Part shown: in pieces, positions 17,178-24,916 of the stretch
Layout: each line of letters begins with the position of its first letter
Position numbering within the stretch: the stretch's first letter is position 1
Assembly: GCA_044070495.1 (NCBI GenBank)
Contig: JBIPSI010000049.1
Location: 1-26,548, forward strand
Source: Spirulina sp.
GTDB taxonomy: Bacteria > Cyanobacteriota > Cyanobacteriia > Phormidesmidales > Phormidesmidaceae
DNA: 26,548 nt
Direction: 5' to 3'
Program-made: the position numbers and the translations under genes
Notes under the pieces: model-generated
The model's database searches: none
What the model saw: the letters and a program-made list of their open reading frames with translations, nothing else
Told to the model about the DNA's origin: nothing

Positions 17178-17195
17178 CCTGTAACGTTTTGTGAA
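17178..17195 (-). promoter_or_regulatory. HLR1-like (RpaB) direct repeat upstream of gpx2
   Basis: Minus strand reads TTCACAAA-AC-GTTACAGG versus consensus KTTACAWW-NN-KTTACAWW (three mismatches); lies just downstream of a GATAAT -10-like hexamer at 17163. Confidence 0.45.
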
Positions 17196-17197
17196 TT

Positions 17198-17662
17198 ATG
17201 CCCTTTCCCAATAACCTCACGACTCTAGACGGCACCGCCCTGTCTCCCGCCGTTCTCGAAAATAAGGTCATCCTGTTTGTGAACGTGGCCAGCAAGTGCG
17301 GCCTCACCCCCCAATACAGCGGCCTGGTAGAACTCGACCAAGCCTATGGCGAGCGCGGCCTGGTGATTGTGGGCGTGCCCTGCAACCAGTTCGGTGCCCA
17401 AGAACCCGGCACCCCCGACGAAATCAAGGAATTCACCAAAACCAAGTACGACGTAGACTTCACCCTGCTGGAAAAGCAGGACGTGAACGGCCCTAACCGC
17501 AGCCCCCTCTATCAATTCCTGGTGGGCGAAGGCCCCGATATCGGCTGGAACTTCGGCAAATTCCTGGTGGGCCGCGATGGTGAAGTGATCGCCCGCTTTG
17601 AACCCAAAACCCCTCCCAACGACCCCGACCTCAAAGCTGCCATCGAAGCGGCCCTCGGCTAG
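17198..17662 (+). CDS. gpx2: Glutathione peroxidase-like protein (Synechocystis Gpx2/Slr1992 type)
   Basis: NVASKCGLTPQY, PCNQFGAQEPG and WNFGKFL motifs; EIKEFT in place of the resolving-Cys EIxxFC; strong recalled similarity to Slr1992. Confidence 0.93.
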   Translation: MPFPNNLTTLDGTALSPAVLENKVILFVNVASKCGLTPQYSGLVELDQAYGERGLVIVGVPCNQFGAQEPGTPDEIKEFTKTKYDVDFTLLEKQDVNGPNRSPLYQFLVGEGPDIGWNFGKFLVGRDGEVIARFEPKTPPNDPDLKAAIEAALG

Positions 17663-17691
17663 GGGAACATCCAACCCCCATAATTTTCAGC

Positions 17692-17727
17692 GCAGACCCC
17701 AGAGCATGACTTTGGGGTCTGTTTTTT
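17692..17727 (+). terminator. Intrinsic terminator after gpx2
   Basis: GCAGACCCCAGAG-CATGA-CTTTGGGGTCTGT stem followed by a T run. Confidence 0.85.
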
Positions 17728-17890
17728 ATAGCTTGTTGTAGTGACCTGATTTCACGCCCCATCCTGCACGTTGACAGCACAAAGCCTGAATCAACGGTCA
17801 TTCTTGCTAACAGCCCCCATGACTAAGCTGACGACTAAAATGAGAACAGTCAATGGTCAAGTGCTGCCAGCAACGTCATCCCAGGGCTGA

Positions 17891-18472
17891 ATGGATATGA
17901 TTACCCTCGATTTGCGCCCCACCCTCACCCTTACCGATGAGCAGTTTGCCGAAATCTGCCAAAACAACCGCGACCTTCGGTTTGAGCGCACCGCCAAAGG
18001 AGAACTGGTGATTATGGCCCCCACGGGAGGCGAAACGGGTAGCCGAAACCTGAGTCTAGGCAGTCAGCTTTGGCAATGGAACCAAACTTGCAAGCTTGGT
18101 AAGGGGTTCGATTCCTCTACCGGATTTAAGCTCCCCGATGGCAGCACCCGTTCCCCCGATGTGGCTTGGGTGCGGATGGAACGCTGGGACGCCCTCACCC
18201 AAGAACAACGGCGGCGATTTGTGCCCCTGTGCCCCGACTTTGCCATTGAGCTTAAATCCCCTACCGATGATCTGGCCGATCTACAAGCCAAAATGCAGGC
18301 CTACCTAGATAACGGTCTGCAACTGGGCTGGCTGATTGATCCAGAACAGCGGCGGGTGGAAATCTATCGCCTAGGGCAACCCGTTGAGGTGGTGACCCGG
18401 CCCAACACCCTATCTGACGAAACGCTATTACCGGGGTTTGTGCTCAATTTAGCCGATATTTTTGAGCCTTAG
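17891..18472 (+). CDS. Uma2 family putative endonuclease
   Basis: RFERTAKGELVIMAPTGG, FDSSTGFKLPDG, RSPDVAW, CPDFAIELKSP and LGWLIDP motifs. Confidence 0.94.
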   Translation: MDMITLDLRPTLTLTDEQFAEICQNNRDLRFERTAKGELVIMAPTGGETGSRNLSLGSQLWQWNQTCKLGKGFDSSTGFKLPDGSTRSPDVAWVRMERWDALTQEQRRRFVPLCPDFAIELKSPTDDLADLQAKMQAYLDNGLQLGWLIDPEQRRVEIYRLGQPVEVVTRPNTLSDETLLPGFVLNLADIFEP

Positions 18473-18525
18473 CCTGAGGCCAGATTGGGGGACGCTACGG
18501 CCCTTGGTCGGGTTATTGCACCGGG

Positions 18526-19185
18526 TTATGCTTGGGCTTTGCTGGCGGCGATGCGATCATCGAGGGCTTTGCCTTGGGCATAGGCCCGCTGCACGGCGGG
18601 GCGGGCTTTCATGGTTTCAAACCAGCGTTGGACGTTGGGGAAATCCGCTAGGTTTTGCTGGTGTTTTTGGTGGGGCACAATCCAGGGATAGGCCGCCATA
18701 TCGGCGATGGAATAGTCTCCGGCGATGTATTCGCGATTGTGCAGTTGGGTATTGAGGACACCGTAGAGGCGGGCGGTTTCGGTGACGTAGCGATTGATGG
18801 CGTAGGGAATTTTTTCGGGGGCGGCGAGGGAAAAGTGGCTGTTTTGTCCCAGCATTGGCCCCAGGCCACCCATCTGCCAAAACAGCCATTCCATCACCTT
18901 TAGGCGAGGCCGGAATTCCTGGGGCAGGAAGCGTCTGGTCTTTTCGGCTAGGTAGAGCAAAATCGCCCCCGATTCAAACACGCTGAGGGGTTCGCCGCCG
19001 TCGGTGGGTTCGTGGTCTACGATGGCGGGGATGCGGTTGTTGGGGGCAATTTTGAGGAAGTCTGGGTCGAACTGCTCCCCGGTACCAATGTTGATGGGGT
19101 GAATGGTGTAGGGCAGCGCCGCTTCTTCCAGGAAAATGGTGATTTTGTGGCCGTTGGGGGTTGTCCAGTAATACAGATCGATCAT
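18526..19185 (-). CDS. Nu-class glutathione S-transferase / disulfide oxidoreductase (YfcG-like)
   Basis: MIDLYYWTTPNGHK, PNNRIPAI, FESGAIL, WLFWQMGGLGPM and YSIADMA motifs. Alternative start at 19206. Confidence 0.93.
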   Translation of the reverse strand: MIDLYYWTTPNGHKITIFLEEAALPYTIHPINIGTGEQFDPDFLKIAPNNRIPAIVDHEPTDGGEPLSVFESGAILLYLAEKTRRFLPQEFRPRLKVMEWLFWQMGGLGPMLGQNSHFSLAAPEKIPYAINRYVTETARLYGVLNTQLHNREYIAGDYSIADMAAYPWIVPHQKHQQNLADFPNVQRWFETMKARPAVQRAYAQGKALDDRIAASKAQA

Positions 19186-19207
19186 GGTGATTGGGTTAAG
19201 GGGCATC

Positions 19208-20329
19208 TTAATTTTCGGTCAATCCCGCTTCTACCACGGCTTTTAGGCGCTGGTGCAAACCGGAGGATCCAGCGGCGGGAACAAAGGGCGGGATGGTATC
19301 CATCGGCTCTGGGGGTAGCCCCGCAGGGGAGGTGATCGGCTGAAAGTTGGGAATGGGTTCCGTTGGCAGGTCAGGCTTGGTTTGGCCCTTGGGTAGCGAG
19401 ATCGTCTCGTCTTCTGAGGTTGTCTCATCTTCCAGGACGGTTGTCGAGGGGGCCACTGGATTGAAGGCTGATGTCCCCGCCTTGGCCAATGGGGACGGCT
19501 CTACCGCTGGGGACTCCACATCTGAAGGCTCCACATCTGAAGGCTCCATGTCTGAAGGCTCCACATTTGGGGACGCTCCATCTAGGGACGCTCCATCTGG
19601 GGACTCCTGGACAGTCAGACCCAGGCTGTGGGAGATCGGTGAGAGATCAACTGTTGCGGCATCTTCAGGTTTTACGGGGGCGGCCTTTGAGGATGGTTGG
19701 GTGAGGCGGGCCAGTTGGTCGGGGGTAAGCGGCGGAATGGTGCGCGACGAGGGCCAGGATGAGGAGGCTGTCTCCGTTTCATCCATGGCTGACACCGAGG
19801 GGGTGAACGCCGAAGTTACCGAGGCCGCTACCCAGGATGCTGGTTCCCAGGGCGGCGTACTGCTAGAGGGCAGGGCAGACGAATCGGAAGGCGCTAGGGC
19901 GGAGGGCAAAGTGGGTGTTGTCCAGGTGGAATTGCCAGCGGGGCCAGGGGAATTGGGGCTGACGATCTGGGGCGGATCGTCCTGGGTGATTGGTTCTTGG
20001 CTGAAATTCAAAGGAGCGGGGCTGGGCTTGGCGGGGGCAGGAATTTGGTTAAAGGACTGGCCCAAAATAATGGACTCAAATTCTCGATTGAAGTGGCGCA
20101 AGGGCTGCCCCCGCCGCTGCCAAATTTGCAAAATGTGATCGACGGAAACCAGCTTGTAGCGCCCTTGGTAGAGGGCTTCGGTAATCGCCTGACTCACCCA
20201 GGTTGGCTCGAACCGTTGCAGCCAGTCCGTCACCATCACCTCAGCCGCGTAGGTATCTACGTCAAAGCTATAGTCGCTCAGCAGTTGGAGGATGGGAGTT
20301 GCTTCCGGGGAAGTACGGGGACGAACCAT
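19208..20329 (-). CDS. ftn6: Cell division protein Ftn6-like (N-terminal DnaD-like domain, long disordered middle)
   Basis: N-terminal LLSDYSFD...W...AITEALYQGRYKLVSVDHILQIWQRRG...FNREFE matches my recollection of the Ftn6 N-terminal domain; Pro/Ser-rich linker; short C-terminal LHQRLKAV helix. Confidence 0.75.
   Translation of the reverse strand: MVRPRTSPEATPILQLLSDYSFDVDTYAAEVMVTDWLQRFEPTWVSQAITEALYQGRYKLVSVDHILQIWQRRGQPLRHFNREFESIILGQSFNQIPAPAKPSPAPLNFSQEPITQDDPPQIVSPNSPGPAGNSTWTTPTLPSALAPSDSSALPSSSTPPWEPASWVAASVTSAFTPSVSAMDETETASSSWPSSRTIPPLTPDQLARLTQPSSKAAPVKPEDAATVDLSPISHSLGLTVQESPDGASLDGASPNVEPSDMEPSDVEPSDVESPAVEPSPLAKAGTSAFNPVAPSTTVLEDETTSEDETISLPKGQTKPDLPTEPIPNFQPITSPAGLPPEPMDTIPPFVPAAGSSGLHQRLKAVVEAGLTEN
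19509..19607. repeat. In-frame 15-bp tandem repeat x6 in ftn6 (DGASP / DVEPS)
   Basis: Units such as GAAGGCTCCACATCT and GGGGACGCTCCATCT recur with a 15-bp period from 19509. Confidence 0.9.
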
Positions 20330-20531
20330 AGCCTTTCCTTAAAGATTTAGCCCAAACCAAGGGAGCACCAACTGTCGAGATATACACCACCTTCATGGTA
20401 CGAGATAGAGGGGTGAGCGTCCGTAGGTTTTTTTACGGATACTGTGTTAGACGCGGCTGGCGGAACGGGGGATAGCCAGATAGAGGGGCGGAGAGAATGG
20501 CACAATCGAAAAGAACCCCCAAAAAAGACCG

Positions 20532-21371
20532 ATGATCCGCCGCCGCCCCATCCTTCGTTCAACCCTGCTTAGCCTTGTCCTTGCCCTGGGATGCTGGCTG
20601 GGGTTCCCCGCCCTAGCCCTAGGCGATAGCTCCAACTCGCCTACGCCCAGCCAAATCTCGCCGGAGACCGGGGCGCTAATTGCCGATCTGCGTCAGAAAG
20701 CCTTTGCCGCCTCCAATGCCGGGAAATTTGCCCAGGCCGAGGAGTATTGGAGCCTGCTGCTGGAGTATTTGCCCGAAGAAGCGGCCCTGTGGAGCAACCG
20801 GGGTAATGTGCGGCTCAGCCAAAATCAGCCCCTCGCAGCCCTCACCGACTATGACCAAGCCGTGACCCTAGCGCCCGATCAGCCCGATCCCTACCTGAAT
20901 CGCGGCGCGGCTTTGGAACGGCTGGAGCGGTGGTCGGACGCGATTGCCGACTATAGCCAAGTGCTGGCCCTCAACCCCCAGGATGCCTATGCCTACAACA
21001 ATCGAGGCAACGCCAAGGCAGGATTGGGGGATTGGGACGCGGCCCTAGCCGACTATCAGCAGGCGGTGACCCTGGATCCAAAGTTTGCCTTTGCCCGCGT
21101 CAATGCCGCCTTGGCTAACTATCAACTGGGAAATGCCGAGGACGCCATTCGTGAATTTCGTAACCTCACCCGCCGCTACCCCAACTTTGCCGATGCCCGC
21201 GCTGCCCTCACCGCCGCCCTGTGGGCCAATGGCCAGCCAGGGGAGGCCGAGAGCAACTGGGTGGCCGTAGTGGGGCTAGATGGCCGCTACAAAAACCTGG
21301 ATTGGGTGGCCCACATTCGGCGCTGGCCCCCGGCCATGGTGACGGCGCTAGATCATTTTCTCCATCTCTAG
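20532..21371 (+). CDS. Exported tetratricopeptide repeat protein
   Basis: Signal peptide ending PALA; repeated NRG...A..DY..A..L.P TPR units; C-terminal RRWPP. Confidence 0.92.
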   Translation: MIRRRPILRSTLLSLVLALGCWLGFPALALGDSSNSPTPSQISPETGALIADLRQKAFAASNAGKFAQAEEYWSLLLEYLPEEAALWSNRGNVRLSQNQPLAALTDYDQAVTLAPDQPDPYLNRGAALERLERWSDAIADYSQVLALNPQDAYAYNNRGNAKAGLGDWDAALADYQQAVTLDPKFAFARVNAALANYQLGNAEDAIREFRNLTRRYPNFADARAALTAALWANGQPGEAESNWVAVVGLDGRYKNLDWVAHIRRWPPAMVTALDHFLHL

Positions 21372-21383
21372 GCAGGCTACCCC

Positions 21384-22649
21384 ATGCTTGACTTGCTGCT
21401 GCTAACCAGCCTGGGCTTTCTGGGCAGTTTCGGCCATTGCCTCGGCATGTGTGGCCCGCTGACGGTGGCCTTTTCCCTGGGGTCACGGTTGGAGGAGAAC
21501 ACCCCTCGTCGCTGGGAAGCCCTGCGCTTTCACCTGCTGCTGAATGGCGGACGCATGGCTAGCTACGCCCTGGTGGGGGCGCTGATTGGCGGGCTGGGGT
21601 CGGTGCTGGTGGCGGGGGGGCACATGGCCGGGGTGGGCAGCGATTTTCGTCGCGCCATGGCCCTGCTAACCGGGGGGCTACTGGTGTGGTTTGGCCTCAT
21701 GCAGGTTAGCCCTGGACTACTGCCCCGATTGCCGTTTCTGCACCCGTTGCAAGGTCAAGCCCTTCACCAACGGCTCATGCAGGCCATGGGCAAGGTGGCC
21801 GATGGTCGCCACTGGTGGACGCCCGCCGCCCTAGGGCTGGTGTGGGGGTTGGTGCCCTGCGGGTTTCTCTATGCCGCCCAAATCAAAGCCGCCGAAACCA
21901 CCCAAGCCACCGCCGGAGCCTTAGCGATGTTGGCCTTTGGCCTGGGCACCCTGCCGATGATGGTGGGCATTGGCTTCTCCGCCAGTTGGCTCAGCCAGGA
22001 TCAGCGCAGTCAGCTTTTTCGCATGGGGGGCTGGATTACCCTGATCATCGGCCTGATCACTCTCACCCGCAGCGGCGACGCCATGACCGACTACGGCGGC
22101 TATGCCAGCCTCGCCCTGCTGATTTTGGCGCTGATTGCCCGTCCCATTAGCCGCCTGTGGCCGGGGCCATTGCAGTATCGGCGGGGACTGGGGGTCGGGG
22201 CTTTCTTGCTGGGAATGACCCACGCCGTACAGATGGTGCACCACAGTTGGCAGGGCAACCTGCGCGCCATTTTCTTTATGCTGCCCCTTCACCAGTGGGG
22301 CGTGCTGGCTGGGGTGATCACACTGGGGCTGTTGCTACCCCTGGCCATCACCAGCCGCAACGAACTTCAGCGCTGGCTGGGGGCAAGCTGGCGAAGGCTG
22401 CATCTGCTCAGCCTACCCGCCCTAGGTTTGGGGTTGATCCATGGTCTGCTGATGGGGTCATCCAGCGGCCTAGTTCCCGCTAGTCCTGCACAATGGCTGA
22501 GGATGGGGCTACTACTGGGGCTGGGATTAGGGGTGTTGCTCATTCGCTCGCGCCACTGCTGGACATGGCTGGCCTTAGAAAAGTATTATGTGGCCCCAAA
22601 GTACCCTAACCCCAAGCATGTCGCACCCAAGCCCGAACACCATGGTTAA
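21384..22649 (+). CDS. DsbD_2 (TauE/UreH-like) membrane domain fused to an MsrQ/ferric-reductase-like transmembrane domain
   Basis: N-half has GHCLGMCGP, GRMASY, GLVPCGFLY and AFGLGTLP. C-half has RRGLG...H...AITS...LGASWRRLH...IH (three His positioned as in MsrQ). Confidence 0.85.
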   Translation: MLDLLLLTSLGFLGSFGHCLGMCGPLTVAFSLGSRLEENTPRRWEALRFHLLLNGGRMASYALVGALIGGLGSVLVAGGHMAGVGSDFRRAMALLTGGLLVWFGLMQVSPGLLPRLPFLHPLQGQALHQRLMQAMGKVADGRHWWTPAALGLVWGLVPCGFLYAAQIKAAETTQATAGALAMLAFGLGTLPMMVGIGFSASWLSQDQRSQLFRMGGWITLIIGLITLTRSGDAMTDYGGYASLALLILALIARPISRLWPGPLQYRRGLGVGAFLLGMTHAVQMVHHSWQGNLRAIFFMLPLHQWGVLAGVITLGLLLPLAITSRNELQRWLGASWRRLHLLSLPALGLGLIHGLLMGSSSGLVPASPAQWLRMGLLLGLGLGVLLIRSRHCWTWLALEKYYVAPKYPNPKHVAPKPEHHG

Positions 22650-23256
22650 CCGCTGGCTAGGGCTAGGGGGAAGTCTTGCGATCCCCTCGATCCTAGGGAT
22701 TCCCTTGATCCTCGGCCCGCACCAACCCGCTCAGGCCCATCAGGTGCAAACGAGTGACACCGTGGGCGGCACCCTGCACCTAGAACCCAACGATACCCCC
22801 CGCGCCCAGGAAGACACCCTGATCTGGCTGGCCCTCACCCAGCGGGGCGGACGGGTGATTCCTCTGGAAGACTGCGACTGCACCCTGCGGATCTACCAGG
22901 GCGATAGGATGCTAGCCCAGCCCTACCTTCAGCCCACCTCTGCCGAGGGTTACCAAGGCATCCCCAGCGCCACGTTTCTGTTTCCCGCTGTGGGTACCTA
23001 CACCCTGGTGTTTGAGGGACAGCCCGTGAACGAGGCCACCTTTGCACCCTTTGAACTGGGCTACACCGTCACCGTTGCCGCCGCTGCCCCCGCCGCCCCT
23101 GAGCCCACCACCACCGACATGCCCACCGAGCCGGAGATTCCCGCCACCCTGCCCGAACCCACCGCCACAGCCCCCAGCGCCACCACCGTAATCCTCATAG
23201 TGGCGGCAGCGACAGGGCTAGCGCTCTGGCTGTGGGCCAAGTTCCGTGGCCCCTAA
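22642..23256 (+). CDS. Exported, C-terminally membrane-anchored hypothetical protein (mature N-terminal His, CxC)
   Basis: ATG at 22642 overlaps the upstream stop (ATGGTTAA). Signal ending AQA-H; TLHLEPND and DCDC; Pro/Thr linker; C-terminal TM helix plus basic tail. Confidence 0.8.
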   Translation: MVNRWLGLGGSLAIPSILGIPLILGPHQPAQAHQVQTSDTVGGTLHLEPNDTPRAQEDTLIWLALTQRGGRVIPLEDCDCTLRIYQGDRMLAQPYLQPTSAEGYQGIPSATFLFPAVGTYTLVFEGQPVNEATFAPFELGYTVTVAAAAPAAPEPTTTDMPTEPEIPATLPEPTATAPSATTVILIVAAATGLALWLWAKFRGP

Positions 23257-23360
23257 GTCCTCGTCTCTGCGGACTTTTGGGGGAAAGGCTATGATAAAGG
23301 GCAAAGTTGACATTTCTTAATGTTGGCTGATCTCAAGGCTGTCAAGGATCCTACTTGTCT

Positions 23361-24752
23361 ATGGCTGTATCGTCGCCGTCCTCTGGGGGCATCAAAGGGT
23401 TCCTAGAGAACCGTATTCTCCAGGGGCAACCCCTCACCTCTGAACTGGTAGCCATTTTGATGGTCTACTTTGTGCAGGGCATTTTGGGGCTGGCGCGGCT
23501 GGCGGTGAGCTTTTTCCTCAAGGACGACTTGGGCCTCACCCCGGCGGAAGTGGCGGCGTTAACGGGGATCGCCGCCCTGCCCTGGACGATCAAGCCCCTA
23601 TTTGGCTTTATTTCCGATGGCTTGCCCATTGGCGGCTATCGGCGGCGGCCCTACCTGGTGCTGTCGGGCCTGTTGGGGGCGGCGGCGTGGCTGGCCCTGG
23701 CCACGGTGGTGCAGTCGGGTTGGGCGGCGATTTTGGCGATTACCCTCAGTTCCCTCTCCGTGGCCATTGGCGACGTGATTGTGGATTCTCTGGTGGTGGA
23801 ACGGGCGCGGGGCGAATCCCAGGGCGAAGCGGGCACCCTGCAATCCTTGGCCTGGGGCGCTTCGGCGGTGGGCGGGCTGATGACGGCCTACCTAGGCGGC
23901 GTGTTGCTAGAGCAGGTGAGCACCCGCACGGTGTTTGCCATCACGGCGACGTTTCCGCTGATTGTGTCCCTGGTGGCCTGGATTATCCAGGAAGATCCCG
24001 TGAAGGAATCGCCCACTTGGTCGGTGATTCAGGGGCAGATGGGGCAACTCTGGCAGGCCATTCGTCAGCGGGCGATCTGGATGCCAGCCCTGTTTCTGTT
24101 TCTGTGGCAGGCCACCCCCACCGCCGATGCCGCCTTTTTCTTTTTCACCACCAACGATTTGGGCTTTCAGCCAGAATTTCTGGGTCGGGTGCGGCTGGTC
24201 ACCAGCGTGGCGGCACTGCTGGGCATTTGGGTGTTTCAGCGGTTCCTGCGGACAGTACCCTTTCGTACCATTTTCGCGTGGTCAACGGTGCTCTCTAGCC
24301 TGCTAGGGATGTCGATGCTGCTGCTGGTCACCCACGCCAACCGCAGCCTCGGCATCGACGACCAGTGGTTTAGCCTAGGCGACAGCCTGGTGCTAACGGT
24401 GATGGGGGAAATCGCCTTTATGCCCGTACTGGTGCTGTCGGCGCGGCTCTGTCCACCGGGGGTAGAGGCCACCCTATTTGCCCTGCTGATGTCGATTGTG
24501 AACCTGGCGGGGCTGCTCTCCCACGAATTGGGGGCCATCCTCACCCACTGGCTAGGGGTGACAGAAACCAACTTCGACCACCTCTGGCAATTGGTGCTGA
24601 TCACCAACCTCACCACCCTGCTGCCCCTGCCCCTGCTGGCCCTACTGCCCAACTCCTCTTCCCAAAGCGAAGGTACCGAAGAGGCTCAAATCCTCTGGCA
24701 ATCCACCGATCCGCCGCCAGCCACCCCCGATCAAGAGGCGGCTTCTGTTTAG
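23361..24752 (+). CDS. Folate/biopterin transporter (FBT/BT1, MFS)
   Basis: VYFVQG, LPWTIKPLFGFISD..PI.GYRRRPY, DVIVDSLVVE and ARLCPPGVEATLFALLMS motifs. Confidence 0.94.
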   Translation: MAVSSPSSGGIKGFLENRILQGQPLTSELVAILMVYFVQGILGLARLAVSFFLKDDLGLTPAEVAALTGIAALPWTIKPLFGFISDGLPIGGYRRRPYLVLSGLLGAAAWLALATVVQSGWAAILAITLSSLSVAIGDVIVDSLVVERARGESQGEAGTLQSLAWGASAVGGLMTAYLGGVLLEQVSTRTVFAITATFPLIVSLVAWIIQEDPVKESPTWSVIQGQMGQLWQAIRQRAIWMPALFLFLWQATPTADAAFFFFTTNDLGFQPEFLGRVRLVTSVAALLGIWVFQRFLRTVPFRTIFAWSTVLSSLLGMSMLLLVTHANRSLGIDDQWFSLGDSLVLTVMGEIAFMPVLVLSARLCPPGVEATLFALLMSIVNLAGLLSHELGAILTHWLGVTETNFDHLWQLVLITNLTTLLPLPLLALLPNSSSQSEGTEEAQILWQSTDPPPATPDQEAASV

Positions 24753-24792
24753 AGATCCGCAAAGAAATGATGTACCAATGGCGAGCGTCCCT

Positions 24793-24867
24793 GTGGGTGC
24801 ATTACGTCGCGAAGTTGGTGCATTGCTTCGCGTTGACGCAGTCTCGCCCTGGCGTTATGCACCCTAC
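24793..24867. repeat. GTAG-type REP-like element
   Basis: GGGTGCAT ... ATGCACCCTAC arms with an inner CGCGAAG/CTTCGCG hairpin. Confidence 0.7.
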
Positions 24868-24871
24868 GACG

Positions 24872-24916
24872 ACCAACCACCAACCACCAATAACCAATAA
24901 CCAATAACCAATAACC
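24872..24916 (+). repeat. STRR-like heptamer tandem repeat (ACCAACC x2, ACCAATA x4)
   Basis: Six 7-bp units followed by ACC and then the ATG at 24917. Confidence 0.93.

Noticed and set aside
17891..18472. Uma2 nuclease as a defence system
   Set aside because: Highly paralogous in cyanobacteria and solitary here, with no methyltransferase or other defence partner.
19347..20138. 263-aa + strand ORF
   Set aside because: Antisense shadow of the low-complexity ftn6 linker.
23308..23325. TTGACA plus ACATT-TCTT-AATGT palindrome upstream of the folate transporter
   Set aside because: Arms are only 5 bp, there is no properly spaced -10, and no riboswitch-sized leader is present.
5581..24752. PabB-like gene, EcfT and folate transporter as a folate cluster
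   Set aside because: The transporter lies about 16 kb away with unrelated genes between; no evidence of co-regulation.
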